64,000 nucleotides of DNA from Hydrolagus colliei (lineage: Eukaryota): positions 16,182,001-16,246,000 of the forward strand of contig CM068749.1 of NCBI GenBank assembly GCA_035084275.1, read 5' to 3'. The notes beneath the pieces are model-generated. The model searched no databases and was not told the origin of the DNA. It worked only from the letters and a program-made list of their open reading frames with translations. Position numbers and translations under genes: made by a program. How positions within the stretch are numbered: the stretch's first letter is position 1; each line of letters begins with the position of its first letter. This document shows positions 13,687 through 26,832 of this stretch, in pieces.

Positions 13687-14743
13687 GTAAGTGACTGTTA
13701 GACAAAGCTTTCCCTCTGAATATGCTTATTAGTCAGAAACCAGCTTCTAGAGAGACTGCAGGGTGGTGCCTATTGTCTCTGTAGTCATCCAAAAGAGCCA
13801 TTTCAAATCACCCACTTTGCCATGCCACAGCCGAAAGGTCATAGATGTTTGCCCAAATTAGATTGTAATCTTAGACTTGAACAAGAGCCAATGAATTATA
13901 ATTCAAATTACCTGCATTATGTTCATCAGAAATCAAGTAATTTCATTTGCATTTAAAATGCAGTGTGACTTTGTTTGCATATTTACTGTGATTTTTCTCA
14001 AGTTTGCTCTGTTAAATTACTTTGTATTTATATATTCTGAAAACTATTTATTTGTAATCCTTCTTTCTTAAGAGATTGAACTGTTGTTGATAGATGGGAG
14101 GTTGTTGGTTGTTTCTCTGATAACTGCACATTTAGCTTTCTATTAACTGACTAATACATAACAGATGGGTTATTTGTGCAGGTATGAGAGCAAATATTCT
14201 AGTTTTATAATGTGTGTGATCTTGGATATATGAAACTATAAATCATATTTCTATCCACACATACTTTCATATGGATTATTATCCTTTTCTGATCCTAACT
14301 GGCCATTAAATACATTGGATTTTTTTTTTTTAATCTGAAACTCCCATCAAAAGTGTTATAAATCAAACGCTTCCCGAAGATCTGTAAAACACAACTTGAT
14401 TTCTACTTTATTAGACTATCTCAAATTAATTCACAATTTGCCACTTATAAATTATGGAACTTGCCAAAATACAATCCTTATCAAACAGACATCCATGTTG
14501 AATTTCATATGTTAATGTAAGTGTGTATATCTGTAGATAGAAAATGCTTAAGAAAGAAAAAAAATAGTCTAACTTTGATTATGCTGTAATGTTTAACGCT
14601 GAAGTAGTGAACTAGAAGGATACTTGAATTCTAGATTCACTGCATGCTGCATGAAGAGAGAGAGCTAATCTATAGGACCTCTCTCTCTCTCTCTTTTCTC
14701 TTTCTCTTTTTTCCTCCCTTTTGTTTCGCTTCATCCACACCAG

Positions 14744-14788
14744 TAATTATCGTGTATGCGATGGCTACTATAACACGGATTTACCAGG
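14744..14788 (+). CDS. ADGRL2: ADGRL2 alternative ICL3 cassette exon (NNYRVCDGYYNTDLPG)
   Basis: Long pyrimidine tract, ccag|T, GG|gtaaga; 45 nt, phase 2 to 2, frame-preserving; peptide matches the latrophilin-2 ICL3 insert as I recall it. Confidence 0.9.
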
Positions 14789-15123
14789 GTAAGAAAGAAT
14801 CATGCAGAAAAAAATGTTGTTAATGCATGATTTTATGCTTGCTGACTTAACTAATTTCTCTTAATATTTGTCATAATTTGGTCAAAAGGGTATTATATCT
14901 TTCGAAATATAATTTTCAGAATATTTTAAAAATTAGAATTATTTCTAATATATATATATTTTATATTAATTCAATATGTTTGGCACTTGCCTTTCTTATA
15001 TTTTAAGAAAACAGTTTCTTCAAATATAATTGTGTGAGTGCATATAAATATAAAATTCTTCATTTTGCATTAAAATATTGTCTAATTTTTTTGTTTCTCT
15101 TTTCTGCTTATAATGCTTTCTAG

Positions 15124-15150
15124 CTATGAAGATAATAAGCCATATATCAA
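15124..15150 (+). CDS. ADGRL2: ADGRL2 alternative ICL3 microexon (YEDNKPYIK)
   Basis: tgctttctag|C, AA|gtaaga; 27 nt, phase 2 to 2; resembles the latrophilin YEDN(K/R)PFIK insert. Confidence 0.88.
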
Positions 15151-15926
15151 GTAAGATCATTAGCCAGAAGCTAAATATACTGAACCCATTTATCCGTTGC
15201 TCGCATTTTTTTAAAAAAATGCTTGAATTGGATATAGGGCCTTTCTCGTTGGGAGGATATCTCAAAGCTTTTCATCGACTTTACTGTAAAATGCAGTTCC
15301 TACAACTGCAGTATTTTGTTTAAGCTTTTCCAACAAATGCTTGTTACCCTTTGCAATGAATTACAAATCTCTGCCATTTTGAATTTCCCCACTTGCTATT
15401 CTTAATGTCTCAGAATTTATCTTCTGGTTCTTTTATTCTGTGTGCTTATGCATAGTTTTGAGAGACATTAGTGTGAATTTTCAACTGAATCATTAAGTTC
15501 TTTTTGATCCATTCATAAAGTATTGATGTTTACCTTGCGATCGTTCTCAGGTCTCACAGCGCCACATTTTTTTTTCTCAGACCCTTGTGCTTTTTCCATA
15601 CCACAACTTTTTCTTACACGGTATAAAAATGTGTGCAATGTCTTTCTTAAGACCTGGTTGATGAGAAACTGTTAAGACACTCCACTGGCTTAAAGTGAAG
15701 GTCAGCAGCAGAGTGAAAATTGCAAGTGTGTCTCACTTAAGCCGAAACTATAAAGTGACAGAAATCCTGGTCAAAATCAAGCTTACAGAGTGAAGATCAT
15801 GCACATCTTAATCTGCTTACTAAAATAAGCAGCTGTAGTAATAATGATTAAAAGCTCCTATTAAGATTTTTTTTTAATGCGGTGCTTATATGGCCTTTTA
15901 CTAAGCGGATTTATTTTTTCCCCCAG

Positions 15927-16095
15927 GTCTTGGGTTCTCGGAGCATTCGCTCTCCTGTGTTTGCTTGGCCTGACTTGGGCTTTCGGATTGCTGTTCATAA
16001 ACGAAGAATCGGTTGTAATGGCATATCTTTTTACAACATTTAACGCCTTCCAAGGAATGTTTATTTTTATATTCCACTGCGCTCTTCAGAAGAAA
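15927..16095 (+). CDS. ADGRL2: ADGRL2 exon, TM6-TM7 ([20 protein letters not shown]...[10 protein letters not shown])
   Basis: cccag|G, AAA|gtaagt; 169 nt, phase 2 to 0. Confidence 0.96.
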
Positions 16096-18318
16096 GTAAG
16101 TGATTGCCTCTCACCCCATAGCAAAGGTTCACACAATCATGTTTTTTTTTCCTTGTGTGTGTTTCACTTTGGTCTCGATCTGTATACAGGATTTTCAAAA
16201 TGACCTTTCTGTAGTGTTTGACAGTAATTGACATCTTATTCTTAATTAACTTCTGCCCCATCACTGGATTTTGCAAGAGAATGTTTCTTGTGCTTAATTA
16301 GAAGATGGTGTTTTGTAGCTGTTTCATTTGTTCTTTGTGGAAGATTGCGAGTGAGGAATAAAACTGAAGTAAAGAGAAAGCAGTAGTATCTAAGCATCTA
16401 TTGTGACTACATGGTGTTATATTCTATATGCAGCATCATATGCAAAAATGTAATGATAAGCCAATCAGGTATAAAACTTTAACCTGTAGCACAGAGATTG
16501 ATTTAAACAGGTACCATTTCTGCCATAAAGAGAAATTGTAATACTTTTTGCTTGAAATTTTCAGCTGGAAGTCAAACTGAATTTCCAGGAGCTAGAATCT
16601 AATCACTATACTAGCTGCCTTAAGATAGCATATTCTATTAAAGCCTAATGAGTTCTACCAATTTAAGACCAGCTGAGGATAAATTAGAATCAAGTCCCAG
16701 AGCCAATGTAGTGCACGCAAAATTACAAAAAATGTCTTGCTTACTATGCAGGGTTTAGGTGCTAGTTAATATACATTTCATATCTTAACAAACTGAAGTT
16801 AAGGAACAACGAAAGACCTACACTTGATTTTATACAGATATTGCACCTCAAGATTAATTTAGGACCAAGACAAACTGCTTTTTTTTTATTCACCAATATA
16901 TTGCTTCAGTTTCATTACTTGGGTCACATAGTTCTGAGTAATTAACACTGAATACATTTAGAGTAATCCGTTTTATGTTTTGTTGTGATGCGCTGTGAAA
17001 ACCCAGTAATACAGGATCCACAGTCAGGCAACCTGCAAACCATCAATCACTGAATACAGTTTCATGCTTTTGTGAATTCATGAATGAACACTCCATTGGT
17101 GTATCCCCATTTACTCTTTGCTGGGCCATAAAACTGACAGAACTAGTTTTTATATTCCCAAGGAATGTCTGACCAAAGACGGCCATCTATTGACACAAAA
17201 ATTTGTAGTTATCTGTTTTGCATCAATACTATTTGCAGCCTAAAAGCATCCGCTTCACTTGCAGATAAAAATGATTATTTGCGAAATGCATGTGCCCTTC
17301 CTGACATGGACATGGATTATTTGTCCACGGGGTTCACCCGAGTGTCTCGTGCAAAACAATTGTACCACACCTGTGCGTTCACAATGGTTTGCAGGGTGAG
17401 CTACATTTCTCACTTATGACCTGAGATATTGCTGAGCTGTTAAGGCTTGCCTGGAGTGGATCTGCGTTTCTCACAGGATAAGTGATGAACAATAGCCTTG
17501 ATTGATCAGCAGCCTTGAAGCTACCGCATGTTTTTCAAAGAATAAAATGTCAGGACTGAAATTGAAGGTGCGCATGGATTTGCCTCTTGACTTTGCACAT
17601 CCTTCCAGCTGCTGTAACATGCATTCTGGGATGGAGGTGGCATAGCGCATGAGAGCCTGTCAGCAATGTTGACAAAAGCTGTGCTGTCGGAGGCAGATAT
17701 CCCAGAGCGCACATTTCCATCTTTTATGCTTATTTGTGCCAAATGATAAAATGAATTAAGCTGATCGACTACCACAGCCTCGCCAGCATTCACTGTGCAT
17801 TAATATCCATAAAAGGATGATGTCCAAGATTTTTGGTAAATGAACTGCAGCAGGTGCTATTACATTTATCCAGCAACTGTTTCCCCCTCATATATTGTGA
17901 AGCGAACACACTGTCAGTTTGTGTAGGAAGAAGAAACTTGTAAACACTAAAGATCACAACTTGGGCCGTTTTGGCGTTTTAATTTGACTGCAGACAACTG
18001 GCTCCCGTCCACACATTGGAGGCGCTAGTTACAACATTTTGAGGTGTAAGCGCGAGTGCGGCAAACAGATTTCAGCGTGTAATTTTATTCTCTCTATTTT
18101 TGACACGATGCTTTGAAGCTGTCATTTTATTTCTGGCTCAAATCTGCAGCATTCTGCTGAAGAATAATTTAGACGCGATAGATGTATGCTTCCCCCCTCC
18201 CTCCCCCCCACACACACATACACACAAATGTCACATTTAAATACAAAAGGCGATCTCAGTTATCTAAGGAATAAATTGCATAAACCATTCAAATTTGTCA
18301 CTATTTTGTTACTCATAG

Positions 18319-18447
18319 GTTCGGAAAGAATACAGCAAGTGTTTCCGTCATGCTTACTGTTGCAGCCGACTTAACACTGAAAGCTCCCACAGCTCAGTGA
18401 AGGCGTCGACTACAAGGACTAGTGCTCGGTATTCCTCTGGCACACAG
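18319..18447 (+). CDS. ADGRL2: ADGRL2 exon, helix 8 and proximal C-tail ([43 protein letters not shown])
   Basis: catag|GTT, CAG|gtacct; 129 nt, phase 0 to 0; absent from the ORF track in this frame. Confidence 0.95.
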
Positions 18448-19859
18448 GTACCTTGAATCTTTAAAATTTATTTTGATTGTAAATGTGAGCGCGCCAGAGT
18501 CTTAACAAATCACAGTAGTTGAAGCCGACTGGTTACCTTTAACCTGCACTAGGTGTGGATGTGAAGAGAATTATCAATCTTTGTCAAATTTAAAGATAGC
18601 ATAGCCAGCTGTTACTTGTTTACAAGCATCAGCATAGAAAGATCTCCGATGTCTCAGAGTTTATCAGTGAGTAGCTGAGCCATACAAACTAGGAAAGTCC
18701 CAGATTTATCAACTGGTCTGGGTCTTCTTTGTGTTAGGAAGGTGAAAATCAACGAGTTCTCAATGCTGATCCCAATCCAGAGGTCCCCATTACAGGGGGG
18801 AAAGTTGTGATGTACCCACCCATTATTATCATAGAGGCCGCCAATGCTCATTGCCAAAGTTAAGACATCATTAATGTTAATTCAGTGAGGTACCAGAAAA
18901 ACTGTACAAGGCAAAAGGAGTCAAATGAAATTCAGGGGAAAAGCAAATAGCTACCGAATTTCTTACGGTTTGCAAAAGTGAAAGTAGCTGGCGGCACTCC
19001 CCACAGCCATTGCCCGACTCTGTTTTGCTTTGACATCAGATATTTACTTGGTATTTTATTTAAAATATCACTGGCTTGTCACAGTAAATGATTTCCAAGT
19101 TTTCATGCATTGAATTCCATTGAATAATTTCCCCCGTGAATAATGATGCTTTCTGTCAGTGTTTAATAAATGATTCTGTTTCAGAAGTGGAGGAGCCCTG
19201 GGGTGGGGGAGGGAATGAAATGACTAGTCTCTTGCCTTGAGAAATACAAAATACATTCTGCCTTTTAACCAAATTCCTGCCAGAAACGCTCCCCCCCCCC
19301 CCTCCCCGCATTCTTAACATGCCTGCAAACGTAAGTGCTCTGTGCTTTTTTTGTTGGAATTTGCCTCTTGAGTTTAGGAACAATCTTGCAGTTTATGGCA
19401 GATTAACCGACTGGGCTGCCAGATTAACTTTAGAAATCTTAAAGTGCAGCTTCAAAGCCTAGAGGTGTTACTGTGGATAATAGGCACAGCTCTTTCCCAA
19501 GCATTTAAGACACAAGCGTCTGTTGTGCCTGCAGAAGAAAAACCTTATTATTATTAACCCTATTTCTGGGTAGGTGGGTGGGGGTCAGGCGGGGGGGATT
19601 ATAAAAGAAATGGCATACATTCTTTTCATTCCAAACACCGAGAATTCTCTGCTAACAAGAAAGTTGTTCGTGAAGTAGGTTATTTTTCTACATGCTCTAA
19701 AAGGCAACCATTTTCCTCCCCCTCCCCCTAGACTGTGACATTAGGGCACGCCTGGAGCAGTCATTCATTCTTTCTTTCAGCATTATAATCCTTTGCCTCT
19801 GTATGTGATTTAAAAAGGATGATTAGGGAAAGATTCTGAGGCTTTGGGAAACAAAATGG

Positions 19860-20218
19860 ACAATTTTAAGATCCACACGTTCACATACAAATCACGTTGT
19901 GCTCCGTCACCTCCCTATCTCTCTGACCGACCTGCTCACTTCCCACTCTTTTACTCGCTGCCTTCGCTCAGCTGGCTCTGGCCTCCTGCGCATCCCTCAT
20001 CCCCTCTGCTCCACCGTGTTCGATCGTGTTTCTTTCCACTGTGCTATGTATGCACTCTGCCACTGTCTGCTTCTATCCCTGTACCTTGCCTCTTCCCCTC
20101 CTTGTCGTACCTGAAAATCATCTTTCCCCTCCAACCCCCCACTCAGTGTAGGGCCACAGGTTAAGCGCTCCGAGATGCTCCTGCATGTGAAAGGTGCTAG
20201 ATAAAAGCAAGTTGTTGC
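19860..20218 (+). mobile_element. L2-type LINE 3' fragment
   Basis: Remnant ORF2 C-terminus NFKIHTFTYKS..PSPPYLSD, C-rich 3'UTR and tail aagcgctccgagatg...gtgaaaggtgctagataaaagcaagttgttg. Confidence 0.65.
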
Positions 20219-22319
20219 GTAACATATGCAGTTGTTGCTTTCTCAATCCGTAAATATTGTCATCGAGGAGGACCACATAAAATACAGTCACTCCACTTGA
20301 TAGTCTAACTTGTGAAGCCTCTTGAGAGTCCTCCTGATGTGAAAGACTACTTTTTTTTAAAAGGTCAGCCAGGTGTCAAACACATACAGAAACTCATCAC
20401 CATGCATAATAATATCCAAATGGGACTGAAAGATTCATGCATTGCCACATACACATGAACATTCCTATGTTTGAGCACACAAATTGTTACTTTGCCCCTG
20501 AAATCATGAGTTTTCTTGATTTTTCTTTCAAACTTTAAGTAAAAAGCTTAAATCTCTCTCGCAGAGAGCTGCTTCAGCATTTGGATCAGGAGGACATCAC
20601 CTTGTCATAGGCTCACTGAGCAGCAAAGATGTCATACAATTATTCTACATATGTTCCTGTGTCATCAGCATACAATCAGCCAAGTGTTTCCTCATTTAAA
20701 TAAAACTTAAGATGATGTTACCTTCAAGATTTTGTAACTGCTGTCACTGTATATTTCCTGCTGATGCAGCAAGCCTGAAATTAATTTGGGAAACAATATT
20801 TCAGCAACATAAATCCAATGAATGTTTGCAAAGTTATAGATAACTCAGCAAGATGCACTGTGCATCTCCATATTAACAAATTGTGAAGTTGCAGTCTTAA
20901 GTTTCACACTCCCTGTGGGTATTTGTATTTACAAATTACAGACTCTATAAGGATTGCACAGATACAGATTTAAAAGCGCTTTCATATTCTGTAGTCACGT
21001 ACATAGTCAATTCTATTTTAAGTACATTTTACTTCCACATTGCTCTTGCTTCTCCAAATAATACTTTGAAATTGTCTGTATTCATTTCACTTAAAGAAAA
21101 ACAATTGTTATCGCCAAAGTATAATTTTTTTGTCTTAATGTCTGGTTTGATTTTTATATATTGGCATTTACAAATGTATGCAAATATAATTCCAGTTTAA
21201 AACTCACTGATTCCCCACAAAAGAGAAAGCTGCGCACCCGGTTAATGAATTGCACTTCATTCATAAGAAGAGATTTTCTTCAGAAACATTCCATGCAAGT
21301 TTGATTTCGTTCCATTGTATCTTGATGTTCTTCCTTTGCTCATATGGCCATCTCTTATTCAAGTTACATCTGTCCTATCTTCAGCCTTTGACCACTGTTA
21401 CACTTTGCTCCTTTGTTGTGAATATTCCTGATTGTTTTCAGTGTCACGTTGCCTGAGCAATTGTCTCTTTTCAGTCAAAGCACGTGAGGGAACCAAAATT
21501 CTTGCTTGGCTCCAGCCTAATATTTTTAGAATGAGGCCCTCAATCTGGGAGAATTAGAATAGATTCCTCAGTTAACGTCTTGTTATTTTCAAGCTTGCAC
21601 ATGCATATTACAATATGCTTACACATTACGTATGCGAAAGGCAACTTCCCCTTACTCTATCTCATACGTCTAGTTTTATCTGACGGAGGTAAAATGAGAG
21701 CTTCAGTCACAGTATACATAGTTAGTTTCTCCAGATTACCAACATGGCTCAGTTCATATTTGCATTTGACTCCTGAGGCGAGCTACAATTTTTACTAGCC
21801 AGCTCATTTTCTACTTTTCACCTCACACAAGTTCCTGGTCGGGATTTTTCCTCTATCAAGAGAGTAGTTTCGTGCCTTGTCAGTGTTGATTATAGGACTT
21901 GGCTTCAAATATTGGCGAACATCAATGAATCACTTTTTAAACTTTGCACCATTGATTTTTCTGGTAGTCACCCTTTCAGAAGTAAGCACCCAGACACAGG
22001 AGTGGTGTCACTGCCAATGTGCAGCAAGATTAATCAGTCAACCTTGCCTTTTGGTGCTCTCAATCCAATTGACAGGCTTGTTAAAAATGAATTTTGTGCA
22101 GTTCTATTCTGCCTGCCCATTTGAATGGCACCATGTTTCACATTATGTACAACAGTAATCTTTGGCCTTCTCTGTGCAGCTGTCACAGATAATAACATCA
22201 CCATAACAGTTATCCATGTTTATAAATGGAGATTAATGTTGCCTTTTTATTTCATGTATTGGGATCATTTTATTTAAAATTTGGCTAAAATATTTAATAG
22301 TTCCCCGCTTCAGACCACG

Positions 22320-22425
22320 TGGAACCTGATTGAGGTTGGCTAGCTCAGTGCCAATTGGAAATTGAACCTGGGACCTTCTTGGTCTGTGGCTCATTTTTAT
22401 ACTGAGTGGTAGCTTTACCAAATTT
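22320..22425 (-). repeat. SINE head fragment; similar piece at ~43330-43400
   Basis: Reverse B-box ggaaattgaacctgggaccttcttggtctgtggctca. Confidence 0.45.
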
Positions 22426-23124
22426 ACCAACTAACATATTTAAAGTTGTTGAATAGGATGGATAACATTCAGCTTGCCTTTGAAATCGAGCAATTCTATG
22501 TTCATCTGTTGCCTCCATGACCACTTGTAAAACAGCTTTGTTTTTTGAGGTGACAATTATGGATTGTATGTTGTATAATAGCCTAAGAGAAATCATCATG
22601 TTTATCCAGCCTTCCATGCTTTTCATACCTTTGAGACTAATTCTTTCCCGGCATTAGTAATTTGCCTATTGGACCAGAACTTGCATTTATGAAGTAGGAG
22701 AGACAGTTCTCAAATGAAAGAAAAATAGTTTGTATTTTTAACTGTAGGTTGTCTTGGATGCTTAGAATGGGATCCTTTAGTTTGAAATGAAATTGGGATT
22801 AAAAGGCAGAATGGTTTTGGTTAGTCCCTATGTTATTGTGTAGAAAATTGGTTTTTTTTCCAGCATATGTTAATGAATCAATGAACTGTCACTCCCTGGT
22901 TCTGGAATTTAAAATTAACTAGTACATTGTCATTCTGTAATGTTTCTATGATCTAAACATTAATGGCAGGTACCTTAAATTATAGCTGTGTCCTGTAGAT
23001 AGCTTGTCTGTTTCATGAATGATGTTAAAACACAGTGATTCGTTTATAATATTTCATTTAGCGCCCTAGAGTTTTTTTTAAAAAGAGAGTAATTTTATTC
23101 ACCAGCCTTTTGGCCTATCCACAG

Positions 23125-23221
23125 AGCCGTATTAGAAGGATGTGGAATGACACTGTGCGAAAACAATCAGAATCTTCCTTTATCTCAGGTGAAATCAACA
23201 GCACTTCAACACTTAACCAAG
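23125..23221 (+). CDS. ADGRL2: ADGRL2 exon, C-tail ([32 protein letters not shown])
   Basis: cacag|AGC, CAAG|gtcagt; 97 nt, phase 0 to 1. Confidence 0.95.
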
Positions 23222-24024
23222 GTCAGTTCCCAGAAAGTATTGACAACAATGTCTTTTGGAATGGGCTTCAGCAAGTGTCTAAAATTGCTGCCGTATTCTG
23301 GCATTTCTGTGATACATCAGTCTTTAAAGTTCCAGGCAAGACTAGAACCTACATAACAATTGAGTTGGTTTTTTTATTTGACTCTAAAACAAAAGTAAAA
23401 CACTGTCTTGAGTGAATTTGACTTAGAAAAGCAACTTTATCTGATGTTTTATTCACATTATTTTGTACCCTAAAGAAAGTGCACTTTACTTGACATTCAA
23501 TAAAATATATATTTTGTAAACCAATGTAAAGAACAATGCAAAATTTCCTTGACGTTAAAAACATTTTGAACACAATGACATCTATAAACTATAATCTCAA
23601 CAATATATGAAACTGAAGATTTAAAAAGGAATATTCATCTTTGCTTATAAATAAGATTATGTTGTGCCATGCTAAGCAGAAATAAGACATATAAATCAAG
23701 CTAGTGTGTTGAGAAGTTACCTAACTTCATTCTAGCACATTATGTAATCTGACTCAGGTTTTTTTTTCTGGCTACTGCTGATAGACAGTTTTACCATTTT
23801 TAAAAAACATGTGTTTATGATGAGAAAGTGCACAGTTGTGTGATAAACGCTGACATACTAGCATAATGTTGATGTACTGTTGGTATCGTGAGTGAAATTT
23901 AGAACACTGCACAAGACACTTGGTGGGGCCAGGAGATATAATATACTCAGGGACCTTATCCTGATGTTTGGTTTTTAAATATTACAGAGGAACAGTAACA
24001 TGAAGTGGGTTAGTCAAAACCTTA

Positions 24025-24537
24025 AGAATCATAGAATATTACAGCACAGAAGGAGGCCATTAGGCCCATCGTGCCTGTGCAGGCTGTTTGAAAGAGCTAC
24101 CCAATCAGTCCAATCCCACTCTTTCCCCATACAGGACTATGGAGTCCTGTAACTCAGTGATTGGAGCATTCGCCTTGCAAGCGTGAGACCTGTGTTCAAT
24201 TCCAAGTAGGTCAGGGCGAAACCTTAGGCAAGTTTCCTTACTCAACATGCCTAATAAAAATCCCTCCAAAAAAACCCAATAATAAAAAGATCATTTCAAT
24301 CCACGACTGTTTGTGGGACACTGCGGTGTGCAATTGCCTGCCACGTTTTGCCCACAAATATACAGTCAATTCACTTTTCAGCGTTTCGAGACGTCTAGAA
24401 GACGTGAAAAGCGCTATAATAATACAAAGATTATTATTATACCCCTGCAATTTTTTCCTTTTCAAGCACCTATTTCATTCCCTTTTGAAAGTTGTGATTG
24501 AATCTGTTTTGATCACCCTTTCAGGCAGTGCTTTCTA
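24025..24537 (-). mobile_element. CR1-type LINE 3' end, split by the SINE at 24133-24440
   Basis: aagaatcatagaat...acagcacagaaggaggccattaggcccatc...ctttccccata continues after the SINE as cccctgcaatttttt...cccttttgaaag...caggcagtg. Confidence 0.7.
24133..24440 (+). mobile_element. Near full-length tRNA-derived SINE (tRNA-Ala-like head, L2-like tail ending in (ATT)n)
   Basis: A-box-like TAACTCAGTGATTGG at 24150-24164, B-box GTTCAATTCC at 24194-24203; tail gagacgtctagaagacgtgaaaagcgctata...gattattattat shared with many copies in this window. Confidence 0.85.
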
Positions 24538-26703
24538 ATTATTTAATCATTAAATACTTAATAAAGAAATAAGTAGTGCATCAAAATATGTATTCAAATA
24601 TAGTGAATAAGTTAATACAGGAATAAAAGGGTAAACTTCCTGAAACTATTCAAAATTGCAGATATCACTTGATAAAAGAAAAGGTCTGGATTGTCATGAC
24701 AACCAAACTAAAATGTAGAATTTGTCAATAAAATAGAAAAATACAAAGATCCATGCTGAAGCCTTACATTGATAAATCTGGGTATATTTATCATGCATTC
24801 CCATGAATAACTAGAGCAAATGTCAAGGTTGCGTCAGCTACAGGATTGCAAGGCCCAGTGCAAGGTTCAGTGTTACCAATACAGCAATATTGGATTAACT
24901 AAAATGTTTGTTGTGCAGCTCATTACCTAAAACCTAAATTAAAATGAGAGATGTAAATGTTTAATTGGCATGTTGCATTTGAAAATGGTAAAACAAAAAC
25001 AAAATAACATTTGTATGGCACCTTTCACATCAGCAGGACATCCCAGGGCATTAAAGTTTTGGTAAATGCACAACTTGGGAAAAGGGGATGTATCAGGCAA
25101 ACTGTCCCAGTGTAGCGCTTATAATGTTAAAGACTGGTGTAATGCCTAAAACTAATCCTGTTAGTGTGGGTCACAAAAATGCCAATGGATAAACTTTTAG
25201 ATGCAATTGGGAAATGTTCTATAGTGTCATTACATTTTACCAATTCTAGATTGAAGTATAAATAATCGCTGGAAAGATTTGTTGATGATAATGTGCTCTC
25301 TTTAAAATCAGGAATGATATATTTCAGCACTCACTATTAGATCAACTGTCCAAAAATAGTGCTAATTAATTTCTTAATAATTAAATTTACACTGATTAAA
25401 TTTTGATTCCCAAGCATTTTGAGTTTCAAACTTAATATCTTGTTGCAGCTATTCGAAATTAAAATGAATGCCTCGTGGAATTAGTTATTTAGGAAAAGGA
25501 GTACTGTAGTTGCTATTGCCTGCAGCGATCCCATGAATAGGTCCCACCACAACTCAGTAGATTGTGCTGAATAATACAGAGGCGAGGTAAGGTCAGACAA
25601 GAAGTTGCATTTCAGTGCTAATCCTCCATAAGTTTGGACAGTTAGACCAAAATGATACGCAGCTGGGAGCAGTGTGCATACCGAGCTCAACCATAATCAA
25701 CTGTGCAGCAACGCAATGTGCATTTGCACCATTGGGCAGTGCTAATGATCAGACGTTAGCAGAAAACGCTAGTAGAATGACACGTTTCACATTGTTAAAT
25801 AAATGCCTCAGAATCTTTAGATTCTGCAGCATATGGTGTAGGCTGTTGCTGCAGAGTAAACAAGGAGATATTGCTACTTCTGAAGGCACTGAGACATGCT
25901 TAAAGAAGCGAATTTCTGAGCATTTCTGGAGGCAGCTTCTCCTGCTGTAGCAATATGAATACCACCTCAGGACTTGCGGACTGCCATTTCTCCTGGCTGC
26001 TGGTGGGCTGAAGAAACAACCTGCCGTTGTAGGCAAACCATGCTGTTGTTCAGTGGTCTGTCTGTTCCGAACCTTCTCCAGACATCAAGATAAATCTTGA
26101 CAGCCAAAGATTCAAGTCTGGAATGCGGCTTTCAAACAATTGCACGCAAGCAATTTGTATGTTAGTCTCGGTGCTGTGAAATGCAACCCGGTTGCAAATG
26201 GACCCAGTCCACAGCAAAGGCAGTTCCGCTTGAAGCAGTTCTGTAGTATACAAGCAGCATTAGCCTTTAAAATATTTTATATGGTTTCCCAATGCAGGTG
26301 AAGTGCATTAGGTTCCTTTTAATTTTCCCCTTCCCTTTGGACTGTAATACTGTTTGGTGAGTTTTTATGCCCTGAGCACCTTGTTAAATCTGCACATTTT
26401 TATAATAAAAAGAAAGAGCAATTAAAGTGCCTTTTACAACTATTTTCTAAGAGATGATAAATGTCAGCAGCTATTTACTTATGGGGGGTGGTTCGTATTA
26501 CACCCATGAACTAGTGGAATTTCATTTGGTATTTCATAATGCATTGGATTGGAAATGCATTGCATTGCAAATTTTACCTCAAAGACCTCATTAACTGAAT
26601 TTCAATGAGCCCATGTCAACACTACCACATTAGGTGGTTTGAGAAAGACCATGGCTGTAGAGCCAGAAAACTGATGCATCTTTTTTCTGTCTTGTTGCTT
26701 TAG

Positions 26704-26832
26704 GGATGACGGGCAATTATCTACTAACAAATCCTCTTCTTCGACCTCATGGCACTAACAACCCTTATAACACTTTGCTTGCGGAAACTGTTGTATGTAA
26801 CGCTCCTTCAGCCGCTGTGTTTAGCTCACCAG
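26704..26832 (+). CDS. ADGRL2: ADGRL2 C-tail exon, skippable in frame ([43 protein letters not shown])
   Basis: tttag|GG, CCAG|gtgtgc; 129 nt, phase 1 to 1. Confidence 0.94.

Noticed and set aside
14165-14181. 17-nt candidate exon (acag|...CAG|gtatga)
   Set aside because: No pyrimidine tract, frameshifting, no recognisable peptide
20565-20700. Acceptor-like tctctctcgcag with an open phase-0 frame
   Set aside because: No good donor and no similarity to latrophilin sequence that I recognise
23106-23124. Upstream alternative acceptor (caccag at 23105)
   Set aside because: Adds 19 nt and shifts the frame; the downstream AG gives the conserved SRIRR start
24143-24210. tRNA-Ala-like sequence as a tRNA gene
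   Set aside because: It runs directly into a SINE body and tail and has a diverged copy at ~45000-45056, so it is a SINE head
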